A DNA stretch of 64,000 bases from an uncultured Chloroflexia bacterium (GCA_963774265.1 CAVZDU010000005.1:32001-96000); one strand, 5' to 3'; shown: positions 41,366 through 53,558, counted from the first letter of the stretch. Notes: generated by a model from the letters alone, not told the origin. Translations and numbers: made by a program.

Positions 41366-42861
41366 GAATGTCACTAAGAATTCTCGGCAAGTTGTTGTCG
41401 TAGCCGTTGACGCTCCTGGTTGCGTGGTTCGTTAAGAACTGGGTAGACCCGGGGTTTGTAATGACAGGCCCGTGGTTCTACCCGGCCGGGCGGGCGGTGC
41501 GGTATGCGGCGTGAGGCCAGGCGCAGCAACCAAGCGGTCAGCCACGGGCTGGACCCAGTCGGCGGCCGGGCGGCGCACCACAGCGCGGCAACGCTGCGCC
41601 AGCAGTCGGCGAAACTGAGTTGGCTGGGCGGCAGAGCGCTGGCCTGCGCCGCGTGCAACATGAGCCAACGCACTAAATTGTAGGCGAGCAAGGTGGCGCA
41701 GAGCTCCTTGCGGACCAGATCGACCGATTTACAGGTGAGCCGCTCCAGGCCCATTGTGCTCTTCAGACTGCGCAGACACAGTTCGGCTGTCCAGCGGCGG
41801 CCGTAGAGTTGGATGATGTCGGCTGCGGGGTAGTGGTCCGCGTCGGTCAGCGTCGTGAACAGGTACATGATGCGGGTCCGGCTCGTGCCGGTGCCGATGC
41901 GCACACAGAGCAACCGTCCGGGGATGGGGTCGTGCGGCAGCCCGGGATGATGCCGGCGGTCCTTAGCACTCGGCCGCCACAACAGCGGCACATCGCAACC
42001 GGGTAGCACATGTGCCAGACCGACCCGCTTGGCCAGCGCATGGGCGCGCTTGGCCTGGAGCCGCCAGACGGCGTGCGCTCGGCGCTGGACCAGGAGTTGG
42101 GTCAGGCTAAAGATGCCGAAATTCGCATCGCCGAGCCACACACTGTCTGGCGCGGCATTGCGCAGCAGCGTTTCGGTCAAGCACTGCTCACTCGTGGCAT
42201 AGGCGCCATCGGCTACCTGCAGCACGGCGCCGGTGTGCAGATCGAAGGCCGCCACCAGGCGTGGGATCAGCCAATACCCCGTGCCAAAGCGCGGTTGATG
42301 CCGCCCATAGTGCGCCACTAAGCTAGCATGCGGCCAGAGCAGCAAGGTGCTGCCATCCACCACGCAGACGGGGTGCCCCAACCAGTGCTGGTCGGCGGCC
42401 GCCTGGTGGCGGATCCACTCGGCACTGTGCGTCAGTAAGTCCGGCAAGAGCTCCCCCGGCAGCCGCTGCCGGGCCTGACAGTACGCCGAGGTGCTGAGCG
42501 AGGCGAGCCGCTGCGAGCGCGGGCGCGCATGCGTATCGGCCAACCCGTCGAGCCCGCCACTGGCCATGAAACTGACCACCGCACCACAGCTATGGTCGGC
42601 GTGCAGGCGTTGGTAGATCAAACACCAGACGACGATCCAGGGTGTGAACAAGCGCTCGTAAAAGCGCTGGGTGTGCGACGCCAGCAAGGCTCGGACGTGT
42701 TCGGCACACAGCAATTGCTGGAAGACGACCCAAATCTCTGCTATAGTGACGGGTGCTGTCGGCGTAAGTGGCATAGATCCTCCCCTTGGTGCTCAAGATG
42801 AGGTATCTTGATGCCACTTCGCCCTCAGCTGCAAACTTGATCTGAATTCTTAGTGCCATTC
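41366..42861 (-). mobile_element. IS4-family insertion sequence, about 1.5 kb
   Basis: 18-bp TIRs GAATG(T/G)CACTAAGAATTC; 12-bp direct repeat ACTCCGAAAAGT at 41354-41365 and 42862-42873. Confidence 0.9.
41374..42774 (-). CDS. IS4-family DDE transposase
   Basis: SAYCQARQRL, VDGS, GDANF, YGRRWTAELCLRSLK (Y-2-R-3-E-6-K). Confidence 0.92.
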   Translation of the reverse strand: MPLTPTAPVTIAEIWVVFQQLLCAEHVRALLASHTQRFYERLFTPWIVVWCLIYQRLHADHSCGAVVSFMASGGLDGLADTHARPRSQRLASLSTSAYCQARQRLPGELLPDLLTHSAEWIRHQAAADQHWLGHPVCVVDGSTLLLWPHASLVAHYGRHQPRFGTGYWLIPRLVAAFDLHTGAVLQVADGAYATSEQCLTETLLRNAAPDSVWLGDANFGIFSLTQLLVQRRAHAVWRLQAKRAHALAKRVGLAHVLPGCDVPLLWRPSAKDRRHHPGLPHDPIPGRLLCVRIGTGTSRTRIMYLFTTLTDADHYPAADIIQLYGRRWTAELCLRSLKSTMGLERLTCKSVDLVRKELCATLLAYNLVRWLMLHAAQASALPPSQLSFADCWRSVAALWCAARPPTGSSPWLTAWLLRLASRRIPHRPPGRVEPRACHYKPRVYPVLNEPRNQERQRLRQQLAENS

Positions 42862-42914
42862 ACTCCGAAAAGTACCGGGCACCTAGCCACCTAGCCGGGC
42901 GCCTGAAGTTAATC

Positions 42915-44866
42915 CTACTTCGCGATCAGCCACACGAACTGGTACGGCGCGAGGAGCAACTCGTCCTTCAACTCCACGTCCTCGCCGCTGACCAAATCCC
43001 GGAATGTATAGCTCAGGCCGTTCGCGCGGACGGTATTCGCAGTCACGCGCTGCTCGTGCTCGCTGAAGTTGCACAGGACGAGCACACGGCCTTCGCCGCC
43101 CTGACGCACGTACGCGAAGACGTGGCCGTTGCCGGGATCCACGACCTGCATGTTGACGCCTGCAAACGCAACACTTCCCTCGCGCACCTCGATCAGGCGG
43201 TGCAGTTGCCCGTAGATCCGACCTGCAGTGCTCCCGCCATCATGACGCTGACTGACCCGAGACCAATCCGTGAAGGGACGATGCACCCAGCGGCTGTCTG
43301 TGGCTTTGGCTGGATCATCCCGGTACGAATAGTCGTTCAGCGTGCCCACTTCATCGCCCAGGTAGAGCAACGGGATCCCGCCGATGGAGAGGATGACGCT
43401 GTGGATGAGCAAGACGCGCCGGACGGCCAGCTCGATCTCCCCATTGTCCCCCTCGCGCAACGCCTTCTCCAGCCCCGCCAAAGACGCGCACGTGCCTGAG
43501 ATGCGCGCATCGCCAGTGCGCGGGTTCTCCATGAAGGGCAGGCCGCGGCTGAAGCTGCCGGGGAAGCGGCCCGTGTAGAAGGCATTAAGGAACCTTCTGT
43601 GGTCGTAGCCGTTCATGCCAAGGCGGTTAGCGGCTGCGTCGTCGAACGTCCACCCGATGTCATCGTGCACGCGCACGTAGTTGACCCACGCGCAGCCCGG
43701 CGTGATGCGAAACCGTTCGGACATGGAGTGTTGGAGCAGCCTCACTTCACGCGTTGCGAGCGACTCCCACAGGAGCGCCATCAGCAATGGGTTGTACGAG
43801 AGCTGGCATTCCTGCGGCGAGATATAGCGCGCCACCTCATCCGGGTGGACGATGGCCTCGGATTTGAAGAGAAGCGCCGGGGCCGCAATGCGCGCCAGCG
43901 CGTTGTACGCCTGGATGATCATGTGCGCTTCGAGTAGGTTTTCGCAGTTCGTGCCCATCTGCTTCCAAATGAACGCGACCGCGTCCAGCCGCAACACCTC
44001 CACGCCGGCATTGGCCAAAGACAGCATTTCTTCGAGCATGGCGCGGAACACGGCGGGGTTGCCGTAGTTCAGATCCCACTGAAAGCTGTAGAAGGTGGTC
44101 CACACCCACTTGCCCATATCGGGGCGATAGGTGAAGCTGCCCGCCCGCGCCTCCGGGAAGATCTCGCGAAGGGTGCGCTCGTACGCATCGGGCATCGTGC
44201 GGTCAGGGAAGATGTGGTAGTAGTCCGCATATTCCTCATCGCCCGCCTGCGCGGCCCGCGCCCATTCGTGCTCGTCCGACGTGTGGTTGAACACGAAGTC
44301 GACCGTCAGGCTGATGCCTTCTCGCCGCAGCTCGCCGGCCACGTCCGACAACTCGGCCATCGTGCCCAGCTTCGGGTCCACCTCGCGGTAGGAGCTGACC
44401 GCGTAGCCGCCGTCGTTCTCGCCCTCCGGGGCTTTGAACAGGGGCATCAGGTGCAGGTAGGTGAGGCCCAGCTCCTTGAGGTAAGGCAGCTTGTCCCTGC
44501 AGTCCTCGCAGGTTCCCCGCAAACAAGTCGACATAACACACGCCACCCAGCATCTGCTGCGACTGGAACCACGTCGTGTCCGACTCGCGCGGCGTCCAAC
44601 GCCTTCAGGTCGGCCGGGCGGGCCAGGTACAGCCGGGCGGCGGTCTCCAGGATCTGTTCGAGATGGTAGAAGAAGTCATAACGGCCGCCGTACAGGTGAT
44701 GGAGGAGGCCGAAGAGATGCTCGAAATTATCCCGCAGCCTGGCTTCGAAGAGCTGCCATTCTGCCGCGGGGATATTGGCGAAGGTTGCGGCCAGGTGCGG
44801 CAGGACGCGGCCCAGTGTCAACTGAGCTTGCTGGCGCAGCCATTGCGGAGACACATTGCCGTCCAT
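42915..44866 (-). CDS. Amylosucrase-like GH13 glycoside hydrolase (frameshifted at the 5' end)
   Basis: [43 protein letters not shown]. Confidence 0.88.
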
Positions 44867-44890
44867 GCAGGCGCTCCTTGGGGTCAAATG

Positions 44891-44920
44891 CAAAGGGTGA
44901 GCCACTTAGCTCACCCTTTG
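44891..44920. other. Perfect 12-bp intercistronic hairpin
   Basis: CAAAGGGTGAGC-6 nt-GCTCACCCTTTG between the permease and hydrolase genes. Confidence 0.55.
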
Positions 44921-44941
44921 GTGCTGTTGCCAGTACGAGAT

Positions 44942-46057
44942 CTAGCCCTTCACCGACCCGGCCATCAGCCCGCGCACGAAGTAGCGCTGCAGGGCGAAGA
45001 ACACCGCCAGCGGCAGGATCATGCTGATGAACGCGCCGGCGGTGAGCAGGTGCCAGTCCTGGCCCTTTTCGCCGACGATGGCGGCCAGGGCGCTCGGTGA
45101 CCACCCGGTTCTGGTCGCCCAGGAAGACCAGGGCCACCAGGTAGTCATTCCAGACCCACAGGAACTGGAAGATGGCGAACGAAGCCAGCGCCGGCACCGA
45201 CAGCGGCAGGATCAGCTGGGTGAAGATGGTGAAGCTGCGACGCGCCGTCGATGAAGGCCGATTCGAGGATATCGCGCGGCAGGCTCGCTGATGTAGTTGA
45301 ACAGCAGGTAGATGGCCAGCGGCAGGCCAAAGCCGGTGTGCGCCAGCCAGATGGCCAGGAAGGTGCCGTTCAGGTTGAGCTTGGTGTAGTCCTGCAGGAT
45401 GGGCACCAGGGCGATCTGCAGCGGCACCACCAGCAGCGCCACCACCAGCGTGAAGAGGAACTTGCGGCCGGGGAAATTCATCCAGGCAAAGCCGTAGGCG
45501 GCAGAAGGCGGCGATCAGGATGGGGATGATCGTGGCGGGCACGGCCACCGCGATCGAGTTCAGGAACGCCGTGCCCAGGTTGTTGCCCTTGCGGATGATC
45601 TCCTGGCCGGACGCATCCTTGAACCTGATCTCTTTGCCGGTGAGAACATTCTTGTAGTTGTCCAGGGTCAGATTGGCGCCGAAGCCCACCCACTGCTGCT
45701 CGGAAACCTTGATCAGGCGGGTGCGCTTGTTGCCGAACCAGGTGCAGCTGGCGGCCGTCCGGCAGGGTGACGCCCTCGCGCAACTCCTCGAACGTGGTGG
45801 TGACGCCCTCGATCTCGAAGGACCCGTTGACGTCCACGGTGTCAGGGAGCTTGATCTCGCTCTTCTTCCACGTATCGCTGGTGTGGCAGGACCGTCCACC
45901 AGCCCGAGCTGAAGATGTCCTGGCTCTGGCGGAAGGAGGTGACGAAGACGCCCAGCGACGGGCACCAGCCAGAGCATGCAGATCAGGATCAGAATGCCGT
46001 TCACGAGCACACTGGCGTCATCCGCTGCTGCCTTTTGAGACCACCTGTTGCGCTCAT
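44942..46057 (-). CDS. Carbohydrate ABC permease (AglG-like), multiple frameshifts
   Basis: FLNSIAVAVPAT, LAHTGFGLPL, ASFAIFQFLWVWND, QRYFVRGL. Confidence 0.8.
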
Positions 46058-47184
46058 CAGAAGGCCTTCCTTTCGCCGAACTGCCGCAGGTTGTAGATCA
46101 TGACCGGGATGACTGCGAGCAGCAGGATGATGGCGATGGCCGAGGCACGGCCGGTGTGGCTGTAGGTGAAGCGCTGCAGGTAGAACTCGTTGGCGATGAC
46201 GTTGGTGCCGTTGTTGCCGCCGGTCATCACGCGCACGATATCGAACAGCTTCAGGCTGAAGATGACGATCGTGGTGGTGACGGTGATGAGGGTGCCCTTG
46301 ATGTAGGGGATGGTGATGCTGAAGAAGGCTCTGCATCTCGTTCGCGCCGTCCATCCGGGCCGCTTCCAGCAGCTCAGACGGGCATCCCCTTGATCGCGGA
46401 GGAGATGATCACCATGGCGTAGCCGGTCTGCAGCCAGACCATGATGATGATCAGGAAGAAGTTGTTCCAGGGCGGCAGCGACAGCCAGGGCTGCGACTGG
46501 CCGCCCAGGGCCAGTGACGATGGCGTTCATCAGGCCAATCTCCTGCGATGCCCTGGCCTTCGCCCTTGTAGGTGTAGATGAATTTCCAGATCACGCCCGC
46601 GCCGACGAAGGAGATGGCCATGGGCATGAAGATGATGGCCTTGTAGACAGACTCGAACCGGCTGCGGTCTGCCAGCACGGCGATCAGCAGTCCCAGGCCA
46701 ACGCAGAAGTCCGGTGCCGAAGATCATCCACAGCAGGTTGTTGCGGAAGCGCTTCCAGCATGATGCGGTCGGTGAAGGCGAAGATGTAGTTGGTCAGGCC
46801 CACGAAGGTCGAGCCGGTCTCGTCCTGGAAGCTGAGAATCAGCGTGCGAACGACCGGGATCGCCAGGAACCAGGCCAGGATGGCGAGAGCCGGGCCCACA
46901 AAGACGAACGGCTGGATCAAGCGGCGGGCGTCGTCCGGGAAGCTTCTCCACCAACCAGTTGGAGACCGCAGAACAGCAGGGCCACGCCGCCGACACCCCA
47001 CAGGATCGCCACGATGACCATGACGATCTGGGGGGCCTGGCTGTTGCGAAGAAAGATGAACCCCTGCCAGAGGACGAGGAACGTGATAAGCGGCACGAAT
47101 ATGGACACCAGGATTCGTCCCAGACCGGTCGCCAGCCAGGCCAGCGGACCGCCGGATTGCTTCGGTATCTCTGGAGCTAGTCAT
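46057..47184 (-). CDS. Carbohydrate ABC permease (AglF-like), multiple frameshifts
   Basis: FVFVGPAL, FVGLTNY, IFMPMAISFVGAGVIWKF, LKLFDIV. Confidence 0.8.
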
Positions 47185-47304
47185 GTCGCCTCCTCGTATC
47201 TGCTCGAGATGATGGGAGCAGTGGATCGGGCGCCCCGGCCTCGGAGTGCACCGTGTGCTCGTCGCCGAGCGAGGCCGTGGCAAGTCAGGTCCTACCTGGC
47301 CGGA

Positions 47305-50104
47305 TTACTTGGGCCAGGAGGCGTCGATCTCCTTGAGGGCGGTGTCCAGGCTGATGGAGCCGGAGACGAAGGCGGTCATTGACTTCCAGAAGGAGCCGGC
47401 GCCGACCGCGCCGGGCATCAGGTCAGAGCCGTCGAAGCGGAAGGTGGTGGCGTTCTGCAGGATCTCGGCGACCTTGCGGGTGACGGGGTCCTGGTACCAG
47501 TCGAGGCTGGCGTCCTTGTGCGGTGAGATGGCGCCGCCGGCCTCCACCCAGCCCTTGACCGAAGTCGCCGGTGGAGAAGTACTGGATGACGGCGCGGACT
47601 TCGGGCCGGTCGTTGAACATGGCGTAGATGTCGCCAGCGCACCAGGACGGGCTTGCCGTAGGCTGGATCGATGCGCGGGCAGGTAGAAGAAGTCGTAGTC
47701 TTCGCCGGCCACCAGGCCTTCGGGGAAGAAGGTGGTGATGAAGTTGCCCTGCTTGTGGAGCCAGCACTTGGGCGGCTTCTCGAACATGGGCTTGGGGGCA
47801 TCGCCGAAGGCGGTGGTGGCGATGGCCTTGCGGCCGCCGTAGACGTACTCGTCGTTGAACCAGATCTTGGTGACGACGTCGATGGCCTTGCGGACTTCGG
47901 GGGAATCGAACTTGAGCTGCCCGCGACCCACTTGTCGTAGTTCTCCAGGGTGGTGGTGCGCAGCATGATCTCTTCGATCCAGTCGGTCATCGGCCAGCCG
48001 GTGGCCGCGCCGGACTCGATGCCGATGCACCAGGGGGTGTCGCCGTCTCCGCGATCTGGTCGGTGAGGGCCATCAGCTCGTCCCAGGTGGTGGGGACTTT
48101 GTAGCCGGCGGCGTCGAACTCGGCCTTGGGGTACCAGACCAGCGACTTGCCGTTGACGCGGGCCCAGATGCCGGCCATGATCGGGCCATCCTGGGGCCCT
48201 GCATGGTGCCCATGTCGAGCCAGGACTGGATGTAGTTCTGCTTGAGCCAGTCGGGGTTGATGACCTTGTTCAGGTCGATGACTTTGCCCTTCTTGACCAT
48301 GGTTGGCCAGCAGGCCGGGCTGCGGGAAGTCGACGATGTCGGGCGGGTTGCCGCCGTCGACCTGGATCGAGATGGAGGCTTCGAATTCCTTCGAGCCGGT
48401 GTACTGGATGTCGATGCCGGTGCTGTCTTCGAAGTCCTTGACCGATTCGTCGAACTTGACGGCGTCGTTGTCGGTGAACGGGCCGTCCATGGTGACCTTG
48501 GTGCCCTTGTACTTGCCACCATAGGCATCGACCAGCTCGGTCAGGCCCTTGCTCTTGGCGCCCTCGGCGCTCGCGCCGACGCGGCAGCGGCAGCGAGCCG
48601 CTTAGCCGGCGTCGCACCGGTGCTGGCCGGCCAGGAGGCGTCGATTTCCTTGAGGGCGGTGTCTTCGTCGATGGAGCCGGAGACGAAGGAGGTCATGGAC
48701 TTCCAGAAGGAGCCGGAGCCGACTGCGCTCGGCATCAGGTCAGAGGCGTCGAAGCGGAAGGTAGTGGCATTCTGCAGGATCTCGGCGACCTTGCGGGTGA
48801 CGGGGTCCTGGTACCAGTCGAGGGCGGCGTCCTTGTGCGGTGAGATGGCGCCGCCGGCTTCGACCCAGCCCTTGACGAAGTCGCCGGTGGAGAAGTACTG
48901 GATGACCGCGCGGACTTCGGGCCGGTCGTTGAACATGGCGTAGATGTCGCCAGCGCACCAGGACGGGCTTGCCGTACGGCTGGATCGATGCGCGGGCAGG
49001 TAGAAGAAGTCGTAGTCTTCGCCGGCCTCCAGGCCTTCGGGGAAGAAGGTGGTGATGAAGTTGCCCTGCTTGTGGAGCCAGCACTTGGGCGGCTTCTCGA
49101 ACATGGGCTTGGGGGCATCGCCGAAGGCGGTGGTGGCGATGGCGCTTGCGGCCGCCGTAGACGTACTCGTCGTTGAACCAGATCTTGGTGACGGCGTCGA
49201 TGGCCTTGCGGACTTCAGGTGAATCGAACTTGAGCGTGCCGGCGACCCACTTGTCGTAGTTCTCCGGGGTGGTGGTGCGCAGCATCATCTCTTCGATCCA
49301 GTCGGTCATGGGCCAGCCGGTGGCCGCGCCGGACTCGATGCCGATGCACCAGGGGGCGTCGCCGTCGGCCTCGATCTGGTCGGAGAGGGCGATCAGCTCA
49401 TCCCAGGTGGTGGGGACTTTGTAGCCCGCGGCGTCGAACTCGGCCTTGGGGTACCAGACGAGCGACTTACCGTTGGCGCGGGCCCAGATGCCGGCGGTGA
49501 TGGGGCCATCCTTGCCCGTGCATCTGGCCCATGTTCGAGCCAGGCCTGGCTGTAGTTTTCCTTGAGCCAGTCGGTGTTGATGACCTTGCTCAGGTCGACG
49601 ACTTGGCCCTTCTTGGCCATGTTGGCCAGCAGGCCGGGCTGCGGGAAGTCGACGATGTCGGGCGGGTTGCCGCCGTCGACCTTGATCGCGATCGAGGCCT
49701 CGAATTCCTTCGAGCCGGTGTAGACGGATATCGATGCCGGTGGCCGCTTCGAAGGCCTTGACCGATTCATCGAACTTGACGGCGTCGTTGTCGGTGAACG
49801 GGCCGTCCATCGTGACCTTGGTGCCCTTGTACTTGCCACCATAGGCATCGACCAGCTCGGTCAGGCCCTTGCTCTTGGCGCCCTCGGCGCTCGCGCCGAC
49901 GCCTCCGGCTGCTGCCGGTGCGGGGGCCGCCGGCGCCTCAGTGGCAGCCGGCGCCGCAGCCGGCGCCTCGGTGGCCTTGGGGGCCTCTGTCGGCGCCGCG
50001 GCCGGTGCAGGCGCGGCTGTCGGCGCGGGCGTGGCCTTTGCGCCACACCCTGTCAGAACCAGCGCCATGATCATGATGATGGTCAGGATACTCCAACGCT
50101 TCAT
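47305..50104 (-). CDS. Sugar ABC substrate-binding lipoprotein (AglE-like) with two tandem near-identical binding domains; frameshifted
   Basis: LTGC lipobox; PPDIVDFPQPG, KSLVWY, GWPMTDWIE, FRFD.SDLMP each occur twice (about 48625-49900 and 47305-48580). Confidence 0.8.
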
Positions 50105-50228
50105 GTGCTTCTCCTTCTTGAGATATGCATTCGGTAGATATGCATGCGGACTGTCAGTTGTGATCCGGGCTCGTTTTTCTTGTCTGTCGTAGGATCGATA
50201 TGGGCCTCCTTTCGTTCTCAGCACGGGC

Positions 50229-51254
50229 TCAAGCGGTCTCCCGCTGCACGAGGCTGAGCGGTAACCAGACTTCCTGGGCGGCCCGCGAGGGGTCGGCCAG
50301 GCGCGACAAAAGCAAATCAACCGCCACCCGGCCCGACTCCTCGAGGTGCTGGCGGATGGTGGTCAGGCCGATGTAATCTGCCACGTCGATATCATCGAAG
50401 CCGATGACGGCCAGGTCCGCGGGCACGCGCACGCTGCGCTCGCGCGCGGCCTTGAGCACGCCCATGGCCTGGGTGTCACTGGCGGCGAAGATCGCCGTGG
50501 GGGGATGGGGAAGATCAAACAGGGCATGAGCGGACAGCCGAGCGGAATCCATGCCGTGAGGGGCACACGCGATATAGTCGACAGGCAGGTCGATGCCGGC
50601 TTCGGTCAGCGCCTGGCGATAGCCCGCCAGCCGCACCTCGCTGTTCCGCATAGCGTAATCGGGTACGTCCGAATCGCCGACGAAGCCGCAGCGCTGATGG
50701 CCGAGACTGAGAAGATGCTGAGCGGCCATGGCGCCACCGGCGACATCGTCGATGCGCACGCTGCTGAAGGGTGGTCGCGAGGTCTCGATGAGTACGGTCG
50801 GCAGATCGTGTGTGATCAGGCGTTCGCCGGCCTCGTCATTAAAGGGCAGGGCCATGATGATCAGCGCGTCGACGCGGCGCGTGACCGGCAGGCTGGCGAG
50901 CAGGCCAGCGCGGCGGGAAGAGGAATCGACGTTGTAGATCGTGAGATCGAAAGGCGCGTCACTCAGGGCGTTGGCAACGCCCCGGAGCCGGGCCACAAAT
51001 GATGGAAAGGTGAAGAATGGCGCCAGCACGCCGATCCGGGCATGGCTCTTGCGGGCCCGTGCGGTGGCTTCCGCCTTGGGCACGAAACCCAGTTCGTCGA
51101 TGGCGTGGTGGACGCGGGTGCGCGTGATCTCACCCACGCGCTCGGGAGTGTTGAGCACGCGGGAGACTGTGGCAATGCTGACCCCGGCCTTCCTGGCCAC
51201 TTCGTACACTGTCACCTGTGACATGTAGCTCCGGTCTCTGGTGGCTGGCGGCAT
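50229..51254 (-). CDS. LacI-family transcriptional regulator
   Basis: [20 protein letters not shown]; [21 protein letters not shown]. Confidence 0.95.
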   Translation of the reverse strand: MPPATRDRSYMSQVTVYEVARKAGVSIATVSRVLNTPERVGEITRTRVHHAIDELGFVPKAEATARARKSHARIGVLAPFFTFPSFVARLRGVANALSDAPFDLTIYNVDSSSRRAGLLASLPVTRRVDALIIMALPFNDEAGERLITHDLPTVLIETSRPPFSSVRIDDVAGGAMAAQHLLSLGHQRCGFVGDSDVPDYAMRNSEVRLAGYRQALTEAGIDLPVDYIACAPHGMDSARLSAHALFDLPHPPTAIFAASDTQAMGVLKAARERSVRVPADLAVIGFDDIDVADYIGLTTIRQHLEESGRVAVDLLLSRLADPSRAAQEVWLPLSLVQRETA

Positions 51255-51270
51255 GGATAAACAACTTCCA

Positions 51271-51284
51271 TGAAAGCACTTACA
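51271..51284. promoter_or_regulatory. Candidate LacI-family operator
   Basis: TGAAAGCACTTACA pseudo-palindrome just downstream of the promoter. Confidence 0.55.
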
Positions 51285-51293
51285 TGAGTAAGA

Positions 51294-51322
51294 GTTATAG
51301 CATGCTTTGAGAGGGCTGTCAA
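51294..51322 (-). promoter_or_regulatory. Sigma70 promoter of the lacI/sugar operon
   Basis: Minus strand TTGACA-17 nt-TATAAC with TGn. Confidence 0.7.
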
Positions 51323-51377
51323 ACAGATTGCGGCTTTGCAGCAGTGAAATTGAGGCGCCCGGCGCCTGGACGCAACT

Positions 51378-51842
51378 TCAACTCCCGTTCTGTGTATCAT
51401 CCAACCGGGCGCGGCGCGGGGCGAGATCTTCCTCTTCTTGCAGGGGCGGCAGATCGCGGACGGGGATGCCCGAGTCGGCGCCTGGTGTACGGGGCCCAAC
51501 GCGTGTGAACTCGACCGTCACGCCGAGCGAGGCGGCAAGGCGGGCCGCAACGGCCTCCAACTGCTCGACCTCGTCGGCATACTCCGCCAGGCGCACCCCG
51601 TCGTTTGAGGCCGTGAGGATAACCGTGTCATTGACCAGCAAGCGCGTCTCTTCGCGACCGTCCGGCGTACGGGCGGTGCGTACCAGCTTGACAGCCGCCC
51701 CGCTCGATGCCGAAAGGGACGGTTTGCCGAACACGCGCACCAGGACCGTAATCAGTAGCGTGCCGACAAGCAAAAGGGCGAGTAATTCGATGATAGCCAC
51801 GGCCAGCCTCCACCCAAGACGGGTTACGGCTCCAGTATACAC
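51378..51842 (-). CDS. Hypothetical protein with N-terminal TM
   Basis: 154-aa ORF, hydrophobic N-terminus. Confidence 0.55.
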   Translation of the reverse strand: MYTGAVTRLGWRLAVAIIELLALLLVGTLLITVLVRVFGKPSLSASSGAAVKLVRTARTPDGREETRLLVNDTVILTASNDGVRLAEYADEVEQLEAVAARLAASLGVTVEFTRVGPRTPGADSGIPVRDLPPLQEEEDLAPRRARLDDTQNGS

Positions 51843-51846
51843 CCGA

Positions 51847-53358
51847 TCAGGCTGTGGTCAGAAATGGTCGATCCTTGGCCTTGCAGATATCCTTGATGAC
51901 GTCGCGCCCTGAGCCGGCCGCGAGCTCAATGTTCCCGCCCGGCTCAACCCACTGACCGATCATGTAGAAGTTGTCCAGACCGGGAAGGACCCTCTTCATT
52001 CCCTGGCCCATCAGCATGCTCATCTTCCGCGTGGTCATGGCCCAGCCCGCGAACGCGCCGCGCCAGTTGGCCGTGTAGCGCTCGTAGGTCATGGGCGTGG
52101 CGACGTCGATCACCTCGACCTGCGCAGCGAGGCCGGGGTAGCGAGCGTCCAGGCCGCGGATTACTTGTTGGGCGACCGCATCCTTGACCTTAAGGTATCG
52201 GTCCGGCTCGTCGCGCAGCCCATGCCAGTAAGTGTAATCGGCCTCGCACCATACGCTGAGCACGGATTTGCCCGCCGGCGCCATCGATGGGTCGAAGCAG
52301 TAATGTTTCACCACCAGCCGGTCGTGCGCCAGGTTGCCCAACAAAACCGGCTCAGCCAGTGGAAAGCTGACCGATGGAGGCTCAGCCGAGAAGTCGCGGT
52401 CAACCCCGAGCGAGATCTGCAGCAGCGACCTCGTCGGGGGTAGGGTCGTGTAGTAGTCCCGCGTCTTGTCGTCGAGATAGCGTGCATCGAGCAAATCGAA
52501 CAAAGTCGTCCGGCCGTCGCATGCGGAGATCACCAGGTCGCCGCGGTGCTCAGCGCCATCATCCGTCCGGACGCCCACCGCGCGCCCGTTCTCTACGAGA
52601 ATCTGCTCGACGCGCGACTTATACTGGATCTGCCCGCCCAACCCCTCATAGCGTTTGGCCAGCGCCTCGGCAAACGCCAGTGAGCCACCCAGCGGGTAGC
52701 CGCCTTCGTGGTCGTGCATTCCGGCGATGGAGGAGAGCATCAGCATCATCGGGAAATCAGGCCGCGAGAACTGGAAGAATTGGGGCAGCGCCTCACGGAG
52801 CAGCGGGTCTTTGAAGCGCGCGGCGAACTCGGCAACCGTCACGCGCGCCCATTGCAGCGCGGGGACGAGCACGGGCAGCATCGCCTTGCCCATCTCCAGC
52901 GACTCCAACGGGTCAGCGGGTGTGATATCAACCGGCAGATTCATCTTGCGAAACGCGTGCAGCGCATCGATGAAGTCATCGATCACAGCCTCGTCATCAG
53001 GTGACAGCTCCAGCATGTGCCGATGCAGGCGATCGGTGTCCGTATACAAGATGAAGGTCCGTCCATCCGTCCCTTCGTAGCGGGTGAACTCTTCATAGAA
53101 GTGCATGGCGCGCCCTTCGAGCAGGCCGAGCTCCTTCCAGAGCGCACTGCCGGGGATGTCCGGGTTCACGCTGGTCAACAGGCGTACTCCGCCGTCAAAG
53201 GTGTAGTGTCCCCGGCGCCAGGAGGTGCACAGGCCGCCGGGCAGGAAGTGCAGCTCGAAAATGCGCGAGGAAAAGCCGTTCATTTGGGCGTAGCAGCCGG
53301 CCGACAGCCCTGCGATGCCGGCGCCGATGATCAAGACGGATTCTGGGGACATGGGCAC
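51847..53358 (-). CDS. FAD-dependent oxidoreductase (phytoene desaturase-like family)
   Basis: IIGAGIAGL, PGGLCTSW.R..Y.FDG, VATPMTYERYT, GQWVEPGG. Confidence 0.88.
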   Translation of the reverse strand: MPMSPESVLIIGAGIAGLSAGCYAQMNGFSSRIFELHFLPGGLCTSWRRGHYTFDGGVRLLTSVNPDIPGSALWKELGLLEGRAMHFYEEFTRYEGTDGRTFILYTDTDRLHRHMLELSPDDEAVIDDFIDALHAFRKMNLPVDITPADPLESLEMGKAMLPVLVPALQWARVTVAEFAARFKDPLLREALPQFFQFSRPDFPMMLMLSSIAGMHDHEGGYPLGGSLAFAEALAKRYEGLGGQIQYKSRVEQILVENGRAVGVRTDDGAEHRGDLVISACDGRTTLFDLLDARYLDDKTRDYYTTLPPTRSLLQISLGVDRDFSAEPPSVSFPLAEPVLLGNLAHDRLVVKHYCFDPSMAPAGKSVLSVWCEADYTYWHGLRDEPDRYLKVKDAVAQQVIRGLDARYPGLAAQVEVIDVATPMTYERYTANWRGAFAGWAMTTRKMSMLMGQGMKRVLPGLDNFYMIGQWVEPGGNIELAAGSGRDVIKDICKAKDRPFLTTA

Positions 53359-53420
53359 GCTCCTTGCATCCTCCTATACGTCCGGCTCGCCCTTAAGTCG
53401 CGCCGGCATCAAGTGCTATC

Positions 53421-53435
53421 AAGTGCCCGGCACTT
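53421..53435. repeat. Single copy of the GTGCCCGGCAC palindrome
   Basis: AAGTGCCCGGCACTT in the divergent intergenic region. Confidence 0.55.
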
Positions 53436-53558
53436 GGCATCTCGGCAGTTCCTGTCTTCTTCTTGACAGGGCATGTGGCCTCTGCTAAGGTGAACAACCA
53501 GGTCCGGCACGCGGCGCGCGGCCGCTCGCCGGAGTTATTCGGTATCGGGAGAAGTCTT

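Noticed and set aside
44450-50100. Many frameshifts suggesting pseudogenisation or programmed frameshifting (also at 2.1-3.7, 11.4, 15.5, 18.8-21.3 and 36.3 kb)
   Set aside because: Scattered 1-nt indels without other visible decay or slippery motifs fit long-read consensus errors.
53490-53558. Metal-sensing riboswitch or Zur box upstream of the Zn/Mn ABC operon
   Set aside because: No yybP-ykoY consensus or AT-rich Fur-family palindrome visible.
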